The translations under genes were made by a program, and so were the position numbers. DNA of 64,000 bases from a plasmid, in the sequence record NZ_CP016173.1. One strand, given 5' to 3'. The notes beneath the pieces were generated by a model. The model was not told where the DNA came from. It was given only the letters and a program-made list of their open reading frames with translations, and did not search any database. Each line of letters opens with the position of its first letter. Within the stretch, counting starts at the first letter, position 1. Shown here piece by piece: positions 53,767 to 62,786 of the stretch.

Positions 53767-54267
53767 CTACCTTCCCAGGCTAAGGCCCCCGGTGCCCATC
53801 ACGGCGCGACGGTTGTCCATCGCCCCTGCCGGGATCGCCGGCACATCATCGCGCGCGGGCCGCTCCATGCTCTCGGGCAGGACGTAACCCATCTGCTCGA
53901 CTGCCAGCGCATATACCCGCACCAGGTCGTGCCGCAGGTGGAAGATGACGCCTTCAAACACATCGGTGACGTAAGGCGCAACCTCGGAAAAAGCTCGGGG
54001 CTTCACCGGAATCGCATGCACCGGAAATACCGGATTCGGTGCGCCGAGCTCAAACTCATAACCGCAGCCACCCATGCCAAGACGGCGCGACAGCGAATCT
54101 GCCATGACCAAGGCACAAGGCAAGGCGATTTCGGCTACATCACTGGCGAAAAGCCGCCCACCGTCATAAATGAAATTTGCCCCAGCTTTGATTTTTTGGT
54201 CAGCCAAGCCCGTCATCAGCGCTGTCAGTTGCGCGCCCAATCCTACGTGTGAATCCATAATCCTCAC
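53767..54267 (-). CDS. Hypothetical protein
   Basis: 166-aa ORF, 7 nt downstream of the next gene. Confidence 0.4.
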   Translation of the reverse strand: MRIMDSHVGLGAQLTALMTGLADQKIKAGANFIYDGGRLFASDVAEIALPCALVMADSLSRRLGMGGCGYEFELGAPNPVFPVHAIPVKPRAFSEVAPYVTDVFEGVIFHLRHDLVRVYALAVEQMGYVLPESMERPARDDVPAIPAGAMDNRRAVMGTGGLSLGR

Positions 54268-54272
54268 CAGTT

Positions 54273-55181
54273 TCAGCGTCTCTTCTGAGACTCGACAATG
54301 AGCTCCGACATCTCGGATACTCGTTCAAGCGTCCTCGAATGGGCCTCGATAACATGGTCATACGACATGCCACCAAGGCGCTCGTACTGCGCGATCATGA
54401 TGGACCGATCCACCGGCGCCATCGACCGCAGGCGCATTACGTCCCGCGCGGCGTGGTGCTTGTAGACTTCACACATCAGCCCGACGCTCACACCGTAAAG
54501 ACGTTGGAGCACAGACTGCCTGGTGAACTCGATCGCGTCGGAGGGAGTCAGCATGTTTGCGTGCTTCTCCGCTTCGGCCACCACAGCCAGCAACAAACGA
54601 TTTACCAGGGCCTCATGGTCGGCTTGGTAGTAGTCAAAGAGATTGACCAGCCCATAGACCTTCGGCAAAGCCTCCATCGCGCATAGCTTGCGCGCGCGCT
54701 CAAGATCAGGCGCCTCGGGGTATCCGACCATCACCCCGATGGCCTGATGGTTCACGACCTGCTCGAAAAGCCGCAGTAGCACCGGTTTGGATAGCGAACG
54801 GCTCTTGCCAGGAGCAAGTTGGGCCCACTTCCATTCCTCTGTCACAACATCCAACGCAATGTTGGTCAAAGCGTTGAAGGCGGGCGCAAAGTCGCTGCTA
54901 TCGGAACGGACACCAAGCAAGCCGAGCCCAGCCTCGCGAATGGAGGCGACACGATCCATTATGGAATCCAAACTGCGCAGCAGATCGGCATCGATCACGT
55001 CACCGCTCATCGCCGTGGCCATGCCCACGACGCGCGACGCGAGTTTGATTCCGGCGCACCGGCGCCGCGTCTCGGCCGCAGCGATCCGACGAACCTCGTC
55101 GTCATCGACCTGGACGATTGTGCTGTCATCGTCCAGCGTCTGATCAAGGCCATACAGCGCCTGGGGATCAAAGTTGGTCAC
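54273..55181 (-). CDS. Hypothetical protein (first gene of a minus-strand operon)
   Basis: 302-aa ORF. An AT-rich 145-bp promoter region lies upstream (55182-55325). Confidence 0.45.
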   Translation of the reverse strand: MTNFDPQALYGLDQTLDDDSTIVQVDDDEVRRIAAAETRRRCAGIKLASRVVGMATAMSGDVIDADLLRSLDSIMDRVASIREAGLGLLGVRSDSSDFAPAFNALTNIALDVVTEEWKWAQLAPGKSRSLSKPVLLRLFEQVVNHQAIGVMVGYPEAPDLERARKLCAMEALPKVYGLVNLFDYYQADHEALVNRLLLAVVAEAEKHANMLTPSDAIEFTRQSVLQRLYGVSVGLMCEVYKHHAARDVMRLRSMAPVDRSIMIAQYERLGGMSYDHVIEAHSRTLERVSEMSELIVESQKRR

Positions 55182-55325
55182 AACAACTCCACCACTGAAT
55201 CAAAACGTATCATTTGATACTTTATATGAATTTATCAGTTCTTTTCTGTTTATCGGCTTACGGAAGGCCTTCTTAAATTTGTCTGCTTTCCAAGACAAAG
55301 CGCCCATATTCCCCGAACTTGGCCC

Positions 55326-56225
55326 TTACTGAGACAATTTGGCCCACATCATCACTCCAACGCACGTTACAAAAAAAATCACAAGTATGTTGAATTGATA
55401 CCGCATCCATAGCTGCCGACATGCCCAGCGCAGCGGCCTGGCCCGAGCAGCCTCAATTTCGGCCACCAAGTCGCGACGGACGCGCTCCAGGCGATTGTTG
55501 CTATACGACAGGTCTTTTATCTGCGCGCAGCCGTGCCGGAGATACTCCACTAAGCCCCATTCCTCAATGTTCTCGCCCCATACCTCCGGGGCAACGGGGG
55601 TCAGCTGCGCAGCGACCATCGTGGAGAGCGATACCCCAGATCGACGGTCTGGGGTGTATTCGAAGACGATGCCGAATTGCTCATATAAGCGGTTCCTCCG
55701 CTCACGATTCTCGTCGGACCCATCCACAGTCGATAGCGAAATCTGGCGCACTTGCGCTGTCGGCCATTGCTTGGCCCAGCGCACCACCTCGTCAAGCAGG
55801 TATGTGCCGATGTGAGCGCCACGGGGAATCCCCTCGCCATTGACCATCACGCTGCCGCCCGTGATGCTTACTCTTCCTGACCCGTCGGGAGACCAATCCC
55901 ATCTCCCCATAAAACGGTGGTTGTTGAATCCCCCGCGCGCCCCATCAAGCGCCACATAGGAAAGCGTAATCGCCGCGTGATGCTCGCTGCGGGACTCTTC
56001 GCGGTACACCAGCAAACGACATTGAATGCGGCTTGGCTCCTTTCGATCCCTTACCACCAGCACTCTCGCCGACGGTGGCATTTCATCGCTGGATCGGCCA
56101 CGCCAGTTTTTCCAGAACAGGAGCGACATGCCCGCGCCCTCAAATGAATTGACCGTAGGAGCCGAGCACGTATTCGGCTTGCCGATCCACGCAGATCCAG
56201 CGACGCCCCAACCTTTCGGCGGCAA
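55326..56225 (-). CDS. Hypothetical protein overlapping the 3' end of the methyltransferase gene (candidate cognate partner)
   Basis: 299-aa ORF with a C-terminal hydrophobic helix. An alternative start at MSLLF (56129) lies 10 nt after the methyltransferase stop. No nuclease motif was confidently identified. Confidence 0.45.
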   Translation of the reverse strand: MPPKGWGVAGSAWIGKPNTCSAPTVNSFEGAGMSLLFWKNWRGRSSDEMPPSARVLVVRDRKEPSRIQCRLLVYREESRSEHHAAITLSYVALDGARGGFNNHRFMGRWDWSPDGSGRVSITGGSVMVNGEGIPRGAHIGTYLLDEVVRWAKQWPTAQVRQISLSTVDGSDENRERRNRLYEQFGIVFEYTPDRRSGVSLSTMVAAQLTPVAPEVWGENIEEWGLVEYLRHGCAQIKDLSYSNNRLERVRRDLVAEIEAARARPLRWACRQLWMRYQFNILVIFFVTCVGVMMWAKLSQ

Positions 56226-57327
56226 GTCCTACCTTGCACCGACCGGCCAGGCAATCGACAACCAGTTGGCCCCTCTCCGTCAAAAACTCGATGAGAAACT
56301 GAGCCAGGCGCACGGGCATCGATGCGCCATGAGTGGCCAGGCCATGCTCCGCGCAATACCGGCGATACGCGGCGTCACGATCGTCTGCACAGCGCGCAAA
56401 TTCAAGGACATTCTTCGGAATTCTTCCTTCGGTTTGCCTGGAATACGCCCCCACGCGCTTTCTATAGGCGCCGTCGGAATGCACCGCGCCTGCCTTTATC
56501 CCGCCCGCCCGCACGAAGCGGGAGTGCTGCTCGCTATGCGGCTCCAAAACCCTCCGGTTGTCCGCGAGAACGCGGTCCGGATCGTTGGTAAGCCAGTACA
56601 CGGGCTCATATGCCGTATTGAGCTGCACGCGCTTCTTGCTCGCCCATGCGACCGGGCCAGGTGGCTTGGGAGAAGTCCAAATGATCTCGTCCATCTTGTA
56701 CAAGCCCAGGCGAGCGTGCAACGCCAGTATCAACCGTTCCCGATACAGCGAACGTGCCGGCGACCTCTGCATGAAAACGTCATTGCCGACGTTCAAGCAA
56801 ATGGATCCGCCTTGCACCAGGTTGCGCACGACAGGCTCAAGAACCTTGCACAGCCAATCGACATAGCGCGATTCGGGCACATTGCCATAGGCGCGTGGCT
56901 GTGCAAGTGGATATGGCGGCGATGTCACGATCAAGTGGATGGGCTCCGAGATCTTCGTGAAGAAATGCTCGCACGATGAAATAACAGCGATACCCAGCTC
57001 CGTCGAAAAGCCGAGGATAGCGGCGCCATCGGCAATCAACGGCAGTCCGCTTCCGTCAATGCCCTTTCCTGTCAATTGCCACAAACCACGCTGGCCTGCA
57101 GGTTCAATTACCCCGGCATGCTTTAACGTCTGCTGATACCACCGCACGCGGCGTTTCAAGAGACTCACGGGGGACTGCGCCTGGCCCACAGGCCGCCGCT
57201 CCTCAAAAGCCTCGCTACTGATACCTGTTGCCCTCGCCACAGCGTCGTAAAGACGCTCCTGGCTCACGGGTTCACCGGCCTGCACGTAAGTCTCAGCCAC
57301 CGCCGCGAAGAGATTCAAATCCTTCAC
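56140..57327 (-). CDS. Beta-class DNA methyltransferase (N4-cytosine or N6-adenine), with an N-terminal winged-helix-like region
   Basis: Motif IV LIVTSPPY (SPPY) precedes motif I VVDCLAGRCKVGLAAERLGRRWICVDRQAEYV (FxGxG-like AdoMet pocket). This beta-class order (IV before I) is typical of ParB-associated and orphan methyltransferases on mobile elements. 395 aa. Confidence 0.75.
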   Translation of the reverse strand: MKDLNLFAAVAETYVQAGEPVSQERLYDAVARATGISSEAFEERRPVGQAQSPVSLLKRRVRWYQQTLKHAGVIEPAGQRGLWQLTGKGIDGSGLPLIADGAAILGFSTELGIAVISSCEHFFTKISEPIHLIVTSPPYPLAQPRAYGNVPESRYVDWLCKVLEPVVRNLVQGGSICLNVGNDVFMQRSPARSLYRERLILALHARLGLYKMDEIIWTSPKPPGPVAWASKKRVQLNTAYEPVYWLTNDPDRVLADNRRVLEPHSEQHSRFVRAGGIKAGAVHSDGAYRKRVGAYSRQTEGRIPKNVLEFARCADDRDAAYRRYCAEHGLATHGASMPVRLAQFLIEFLTERGQLVVDCLAGRCKVGLAAERLGRRWICVDRQAEYVLGSYGQFI

Positions 57328-57378
57328 TCTAGCCCCTTAATCAAAGAAGGTATTCTGAAAATAAGGTTGATGGATGTT

Positions 57379-57696
57379 CTAGCGGCGGTCCCGCAGCCAC
57401 CACTCCCGCCCAGGTGCCCATTCCTTTTCTGGAACAGGCGGGGCGTCTATGCGTTGATATTGCTGACGCCCCATCCACTCGTAGTCGTCGCAGGTTTCGA
57501 GAAAAACGAACTTCCCTTCTGAATGAAGAAACGCAGGCATCTTCGGTGCTGGGTCTTCCCGGAACGGACCGCTCACGATGGCGATATTGTCCACTTCGCT
57601 GGCTTCCGAATTTGCCGCGATGCAGATTGGTGTATCAGGGCTTACGCCCGACTTCAGCAGCGCATCAAGATAGTCACGCAATTGTTGGACGTTCAT
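57379..57696 (-). CDS. Hypothetical protein
   Basis: 105-aa ORF. Confidence 0.35.
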   Translation of the reverse strand: MNVQQLRDYLDALLKSGVSPDTPICIAANSEASEVDNIAIVSGPFREDPAPKMPAFLHSEGKFVFLETCDDYEWMGRQQYQRIDAPPVPEKEWAPGREWWLRDRR

Positions 57697-57810
57697 TTTT
57701 AAGCTTCCATGAAAGAACTACGCCTTTTACAAGCGGCTTTTTTTGTATACCGTCCATAGAATGCGGCACGCCGCGCACTCGCTGGCGTTTCATATCCGGG
57801 CACCCGCCCA

Positions 57811-58014
57811 TCAGATCCCGGCGTCTCGCAGGGCAACGCACTGCTTCGTCGTAAGGGATTCTTCCGCGACCGTTTCGAGACCTTCGTAGACCATCACGGC
57901 CCAGATGTCGGCAAGGAGGCCAACCACCGGGCCCACCGAAACGCCATCGCCAGGGCCTTCACGCTCGCCCCAATACGCCAATGCGAGCTGAATCTGATTC
58001 AGCGTGTACTGCAT
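57811..58014 (-). CDS. Small hypothetical protein
   Basis: Internal Met (MQYTLNQIQLALAYW…) of ORF 57811-58047, about 67 aa. Confidence 0.3.
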   Translation of the reverse strand: MQYTLNQIQLALAYWGEREGPGDGVSVGPVVGLLADIWAVMVYEGLETVAEESLTTKQCVALRDAGI

Positions 58015-58658
58015 GCGTCCTCCCGCAGAAACGCTGCTACACCGCACTTGTCAAAACCGTGCTTTGCCTCCCACTGGCGCGCTGCCGATTCCAGCACACC
58101 ATGCTTGTCGACTTGGCTCAAGGTTCCACCCCAATCGCGGATGGCATCGATAGTCCTCCCGATAGCGAAAGCGCCTTTCGCCGCACCATCGGCCCTGGCG
58201 TCCCCGTACTCCTGAATGCACGCGATGATGTGCTCCGGTACGCGAGGCCGTTTGTCGTCCTGGGCAACGGGATTCGGCTCTATCTGGCGTTGTTGCAACA
58301 AGCGGGCCTCATGAGGCCCGCCGTCGCCGGTCCCCTCCATCGGATCGACACCGATCACTTCGACATCACGTTTGTCAGAAGCTTCCATCACAAGAGGACG
58401 GAGTTGCCGAATCGACTTCAGGCGCAGCCGCTGCGCCCCGTCCTCCACGGAGCTATACGCGGCGCCGATAGCACCGCTCATTAAGTGAAGGAGATCCGCC
58501 TTGGCGACAACGTACTCCTCGCTTTTCGGCATAACCACGCCGGCAATGATCTCTGTGAAGGCCTCATGCGCCCTCACTGCATTGGCTGTGTCGCCCTTGA
58601 AGTGCCGAGCGATGATAGTGCTCGCGTAAGCAAGCAGTTCCTGGGGACTATTCGCCAT
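57999..58658 (-). CDS. Hypothetical protein downstream of the parB-like gene
   Basis: Internal Met (MANSPQELLAYA) of ORF 57999-58760, about 219 aa. Its start is 10 nt from the ParB-like stop. Confidence 0.4.
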   Translation of the reverse strand: MANSPQELLAYASTIIARHFKGDTANAVRAHEAFTEIIAGVVMPKSEEYVVAKADLLHLMSGAIGAAYSSVEDGAQRLRLKSIRQLRPLVMEASDKRDVEVIGVDPMEGTGDGGPHEARLLQQRQIEPNPVAQDDKRPRVPEHIIACIQEYGDARADGAAKGAFAIGRTIDAIRDWGGTLSQVDKHGVLESAARQWEAKHGFDKCGVAAFLREDACSTR

Positions 58659-59616
58659 TGTCCACCCCCAGTTCTTGCTGCGACGCCGCTTGGGCGCTAT
58701 CGCGCTTACGAGAAGCAATCTTCGCTTCGGCCTCTTTGATCTCGGCGGTCGCACGAACAAGGTTCAGCAACGTCAGGGCATCAACCTCGATCCGCTCACC
58801 CTTCAGGTCTTCAGGATTTTTCTTCTCCATAGCTGCCAGGCGACGGCGCGTCGCGCTGTCGAAGCTCTCAACTGCGCCGCGCAGGGCGGTCACCACAGAC
58901 CCGACCACTTTCGGGGGCAGCGTGGGCCCGCGCATCGTGCTCCGCGTTACCTTGGCCTTCCCTTGCGCAACCGCTTTCTCGTACTCCCCTCGCAAGAATG
59001 CGCCTGCCTTCTCCCGGTACTTGCGCACAGCTTCGATAGCCACGTCGGCAGTCACGACCCCATCGCGTACCAGCTGATGCACATCCGGCTCGGCCGTCGC
59101 CAACAGCAGCATCTGCTCGACGCGGGCGGGCGTGACGAGCTGCTTCCTGGCGATATCGACGTTCGAGTGCCCGTTCCGGTGGAGACGCAAGTACCCCTCA
59201 GCAATCTTCAACGGCTTGAACTTCAGGCCATCGTTGCTCTTGAGCATCATATGGACCCGATCGGACTCGTTCCCACGGAAGGGCACGGTATCAACGAAAG
59301 GCAGCTCTGCACCCCGTTCGATGGCCAACAGGGCACCGCGCCGACGGCAATGCCCCTCGACAACAAGGATGCGCCCGTCGCCGTCCGTGCGAACAATCCA
59401 GGGCGGTACGAAGTTACCCGCCATATAGGACTGCGCGAATCCCTCGATATGGGCGATCACCTCGGGATCGTCATAGTCCCTCAGATTGAATCCCTCTTCC
59501 TCTTCCACCAAACGGGGATCGATGCGGTAGAGGTCGTTCTTCTTGACGCCAGGGATATTGGTGTCAGCGGCCATGCTTTTCAGGGACCGGGACTTTTCAG
59601 GTTGAGACGAAGCCAT
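58648..59616 (-). CDS. ParB-like nuclease-domain protein (ParB/Srx N-terminal domain)
   Basis: Start at MASSQPEKS. …ILVVEGHCRRRGALLAIERG… and FKPLKIAEGYLRLHRNGHSNVDIARKQL are ParB-box-like, followed by a C-terminal coiled coil. 322 aa. Confidence 0.6.
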   Translation of the reverse strand: MASSQPEKSRSLKSMAADTNIPGVKKNDLYRIDPRLVEEEEGFNLRDYDDPEVIAHIEGFAQSYMAGNFVPPWIVRTDGDGRILVVEGHCRRRGALLAIERGAELPFVDTVPFRGNESDRVHMMLKSNDGLKFKPLKIAEGYLRLHRNGHSNVDIARKQLVTPARVEQMLLLATAEPDVHQLVRDGVVTADVAIEAVRKYREKAGAFLRGEYEKAVAQGKAKVTRSTMRGPTLPPKVVGSVVTALRGAVESFDSATRRRLAAMEKKNPEDLKGERIEVDALTLLNLVRATAEIKEAEAKIASRKRDSAQAASQQELGVDNGE

Positions 59617-59659
59617 GATCACTCCTTTGTTGGGTCGGGCGAGGTTGCGATATGGACTA

Positions 59660-59692
59660 TAGTACATGTTGCACGATCATTTTGCAAGACTA
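59660..59692 (+). promoter_or_regulatory. Sigma70-type promoter TTGCAC-N16-TATAAT followed by CCACAT, driving the small HTH gene
   Basis: TTGCAC at 59660-59665 and TATAAT at 59682-59687. The 12-mer TATAATCCACAT recurs at 60031-60042. Confidence 0.45.
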
Positions 59693-59788
59693 TAATCCAC
59701 ATTAGATGCATTGATCATGCTCCATCCTTATTTTGCCGCGTCACCCACGGGTTGGCGCTCATTTTTTCGTCTCAAGGAATAGCCGTTC

Positions 59789-60001
59789 ATGAGCAAGCCC
59801 GATCCCACCGCGACACGACTATCCCAGCACGATTTCAAGACTGAAGTAACAAAGCGCGGCTGGACGTATGCCGCGCTGAGTAAGCGTTGGGGCGTCTCAG
59901 CGAATTGGATTAGCAAGCTTTCCCGGGACACCGACCGGGCGATGCACTGGGATGACGCCGTGCGTGGCCTGCCGTATGTCACCGAGAAGGCTGGACCATA
60001 A
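59789..60001 (+). CDS. Small putative helix-turn-helix DNA-binding protein
   Basis: 70 aa. RGWTYAALSKRWGVSANWISKLSRD is HTH-like. Divergent from the parB-like gene. Confidence 0.45.
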   Translation: MSKPDPTATRLSQHDFKTEVTKRGWTYAALSKRWGVSANWISKLSRDTDRAMHWDDAVRGLPYVTEKAGP

Positions 60002-60030
60002 TCATTTCGTTTCATCTTATAAAAGTGGCG

Positions 60031-60042
60031 TATAATCCACAT
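60031..60042 (+). promoter_or_regulatory. Second copy of TATAATCCACAT (-10 element plus discriminator) upstream of the ATPase operon
   Basis: TATAAT at 60031-60036, RBS AAGGAG at 60051-60056 and ATG at 60063. The -35 element is weak. Confidence 0.4.
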
Positions 60043-60062
60043 AAAAATCGAAGGAGCACGCC

Positions 60063-61559
60063 ATGCATGTTCGCTTTGGCACGGACGCCGGGGCGCGAAG
60101 TCGCGGTCAAAGCCAACCCATCACATGGGACAGCACAAAGGTAGTGAACGGTCACTGCCTCATCGTCGGGATGTCTGGCGCCGGAAAAACTCACCGGCTC
60201 CGTGACCTGATTCGACAGATGCAAGACACTTGCGGCGGGAAACCGCTGCGGGTCCACGTATTCGATGTGCATGGCGATATCGAGCTGCCCCAGGCCAGCA
60301 GCGTCATGTTCAGCGAACAGACTTCTTACGGCATGAATCCGCTGCGGGTTAATCCTGATCCGCACTATGGCGGCGTGCGCAAGCGCGTCCAGGGCTTCAT
60401 CGCCACGGTAAATCGCGTCATGCGGGCTCTCGGCCCCAAGCAAGAGGCCGCGCTTCGCAACATCCTCTACGACTTGTACGCCCGGCACGGTTTCAAGCAC
60501 GACGATCCCAGCACCTGGGTCATCGATGAGGGTAAGGCCCAACTCGTTTCAGATGGGTCCGACGGCAAGCTGTACATTGATGTGCCCCTAGCGGAAATCC
60601 CTGATGCCAAGGCACTGGGTGCCGAATGGTGCCCAACGCAGCGCTGCTTGCGCGTTGCCACGGACCAGTACACCGGAGCCATCACACGATGGCCCCCAAA
60701 GATCGCCGCGCAAACGCACCCCGCGATTAGCGATGCCCTGCGCATGGCACGCCACATCCTCCAGATGAGTTTCCTGGGTACTGGGGTGGAGGCAATCACC
60801 AAGCTGGAAATTGCGAACAAAGCCGCCGCTGCGTACCAACGCAAACGCATGGAGGCGCTGCGTCGCGGCGACAAGTCATTCGCGGACGAGAAGCTAGAGG
60901 CGGATCTCACGAAGGCCAAGACGAAGGCGATCGAGGCCTATAGCGCTTATGCGGAAGCCATCATGACCGGGAACGAGCTCACCGATGTCATGAAGTACGA
61001 CTCCACTGACGTACTGAAATCCGTCGTTGACCGCCTGGAGAACCTGAATGCCATCGGCGTATTCAAGGCCCAGCAACCGCCTTTTGATCCCGACAATCAG
61101 GTCTGGCGCTACAACATCAAGGCGCTTTCGATGGAAGAGCGCAAGTTGTTTGTACTCTTCCGACTGGAAGAGCTCTTCGCCCAGGCTGTGCAGCGCGGCG
61201 AGCAAGACGACATCGTAGAGGTGGTGGTTCTCGATGAGGCGCACATCTATGCAGACGATGACCCTGAGAACATCATCAACACTATCGCCAAGGAAGCTCG
61301 TAAATTTGGCATGGCACTGATCTGCGCGAGCCAGTCGCCCACCCATTTCCCTGAAGACTTCATTTCATCGGTCTCCACCAAGATCATTCTCGGGATCGAT
61401 GAAAGTTACTGGCGCGGCTCAATAGCCAAGATGCGCGTGACAGAAGAAGCGCTGGCTTGGATCAAGTTGCGCAAAAGCATGCTTGTGCAGATGAAGCGCA
61501 GCGGCGAGACCCGCAACGAATGGCTTTGGACATACCTCGAACAATCCCCGCAGAACTGA
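60063..61559 (+). CDS. P-loop NTPase of the FtsK/HerA/TraG-like (AAA-like, DUF87-type) superfamily, no TM segment
   Basis: Walker A CLIVGMSGAGKTH near the N-terminus; Walker B VVVLDEAHIYADDD; ALICASQSP. 498 aa. Confidence 0.6.
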   Translation: MHVRFGTDAGARSRGQSQPITWDSTKVVNGHCLIVGMSGAGKTHRLRDLIRQMQDTCGGKPLRVHVFDVHGDIELPQASSVMFSEQTSYGMNPLRVNPDPHYGGVRKRVQGFIATVNRVMRALGPKQEAALRNILYDLYARHGFKHDDPSTWVIDEGKAQLVSDGSDGKLYIDVPLAEIPDAKALGAEWCPTQRCLRVATDQYTGAITRWPPKIAAQTHPAISDALRMARHILQMSFLGTGVEAITKLEIANKAAAAYQRKRMEALRRGDKSFADEKLEADLTKAKTKAIEAYSAYAEAIMTGNELTDVMKYDSTDVLKSVVDRLENLNAIGVFKAQQPPFDPDNQVWRYNIKALSMEERKLFVLFRLEELFAQAVQRGEQDDIVEVVVLDEAHIYADDDPENIINTIAKEARKFGMALICASQSPTHFPEDFISSVSTKIILGIDESYWRGSIAKMRVTEEALAWIKLRKSMLVQMKRSGETRNEWLWTYLEQSPQN

Positions 61560-61567
61560 GCAGGAAC

Positions 61568-61870
61568 ATGAACCGTCAAGAGCTGATCGAAATCGTTGCG
61601 GCCCAAACCGAGCAATCTCAACGTGCCGTCGATCGCATGTTGGCCGCACTGATCAACACCATACAGGACACCGTAGCCGGCGGCGAGAAAGTGTCCATCC
61701 AAGGTTTCGGAACCTTTGAACCGAAACATCAGCAGGCGCGGACCGGTCGCAACATCGCGACCGGCGATCCCGTTGAAATTCCAGCCACTATCAAGCCCCG
61801 GTTCAAGCCTGGCGTGAACTTTCGCAAGATTGTCGCTCCAGGTTCTTTTCCGGAACAAATTTCTGAATAG
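61568..61870 (+). CDS. HU/IHF-family DNA-binding protein
   Basis: MNRQELIEIVA…GEKVSIQGFGTFEPKHQQARTGRNIATGDPVEIPATIKPRFKPGVNFRKIV matches the HU consensus (GFG.F…R.GRNP.TG..I.I). Start is the internal ATG of ORF 61457-61870. Confidence 0.8.
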   Translation: MNRQELIEIVAAQTEQSQRAVDRMLAALINTIQDTVAGGEKVSIQGFGTFEPKHQQARTGRNIATGDPVEIPATIKPRFKPGVNFRKIVAPGSFPEQISE

Positions 61871-61878
61871 GGAATGCC

Positions 61879-62445
61879 ATGAGAAAAGCCATCACACTCG
61901 CCCTCGTCACCCTGTTTGCGCCCGCAGTAGCGTGCGCATCTCCGGTATCACAAGACACACATGGACCGACTGACGGCATGGGGCAGTACGTCATCACGTC
62001 TCAAATGTTGAAAAACGGCACGTCAATGCATCAAAGCAAGATATCGACATTTGGCGACGGAACTGCCGGGGGAGAAGAACAGTTCGAATATCCAATTATC
62101 AGCGGCGCCACGTGGCGTGCTTCGTCTACAGAGCCAGAAATCCAACGTAGTGTGGTAAAGACTGGCTACGCGTTTTTTGCCACCTGCAAGCCCGCTGCGG
62201 CTCCGGACGTGGGCAAAATAGAGTGCCTGTTGCAAGGTCATGTCACCGACCTTGAGAACCCACAGATGGTTTCTCCGGAAACCCAGGACGCGATAGAGAA
62301 GGCCATCAAGAAGGGTTACTTGACGCTTGCGCTGCCCACAGTTGACACCCATTACTGGAGCCAGTCGGTCGTGCTGCGTGACGGCGAGCAAGCTGTCCTG
62401 AAGATGGAGCCATACGAGCTCAAGGTGACGGTCCAGAAACACTGA
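61879..62445 (+). CDS. Secreted hypothetical protein
   Basis: Signal peptide MRKAITLALVTLFAPAVACA. 188 aa. Confidence 0.45.
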   Translation: MRKAITLALVTLFAPAVACASPVSQDTHGPTDGMGQYVITSQMLKNGTSMHQSKISTFGDGTAGGEEQFEYPIISGATWRASSTEPEIQRSVVKTGYAFFATCKPAAAPDVGKIECLLQGHVTDLENPQMVSPETQDAIEKAIKKGYLTLALPTVDTHYWSQSVVLRDGEQAVLKMEPYELKVTVQKH

Positions 62446-62447
62446 TT

Positions 62448-62786
62448 ATGGATCACACGACATCAATCAATCGCGGCATCGAATTGTTGGCATTGTGCCA
62501 AGCGCTTCAGAGCGAAAAGGACGGCGTTGTCCGGCCCGCGCCGTCCACGGTGGACAGGTCAAAGACGCTTGACCAGTTCGCGAAGGACATCGATGCAGCG
62601 ACAACCTATATGGCTGCGCTGCACAAACTGATTCCGCAGATGTTGCGCCTGGCAGAGCTTGGCCGGAAGCTTGAGACCGAAGGCAAGCTGAAACTTGAAA
62701 ACGGCGATGATTATTCAGCCGCTGCGCTGAATTTCGTCCTGCAGGAATATGGCCTCGCCCAAAAAGCTCACGACGAAAGGAAGTGA
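62448..62786 (+). CDS. Hypothetical protein
   Basis: 112-aa ORF, 2 nt after the previous stop. Its stop overlaps the next start. Confidence 0.4.
   Translation: MDHTTSINRGIELLALCQALQSEKDGVVRPAPSTVDRSKTLDQFAKDIDAATTYMAALHKLIPQMLRLAELGRKLETEGKLKLENGDDYSAAALNFVLQEYGLAQKAHDERK

Noticed and set aside
56026-56979. 317-aa plus-strand ORF
   Set aside because: Antisense to the DNA methyltransferase gene, whose SPPY and AdoMet motifs are on the minus strand.
58675-59844. 389-aa plus-strand ORF
   Set aside because: Antisense to the ParB-like gene and its downstream neighbour. It overlaps the real small HTH gene start only by frame coincidence.
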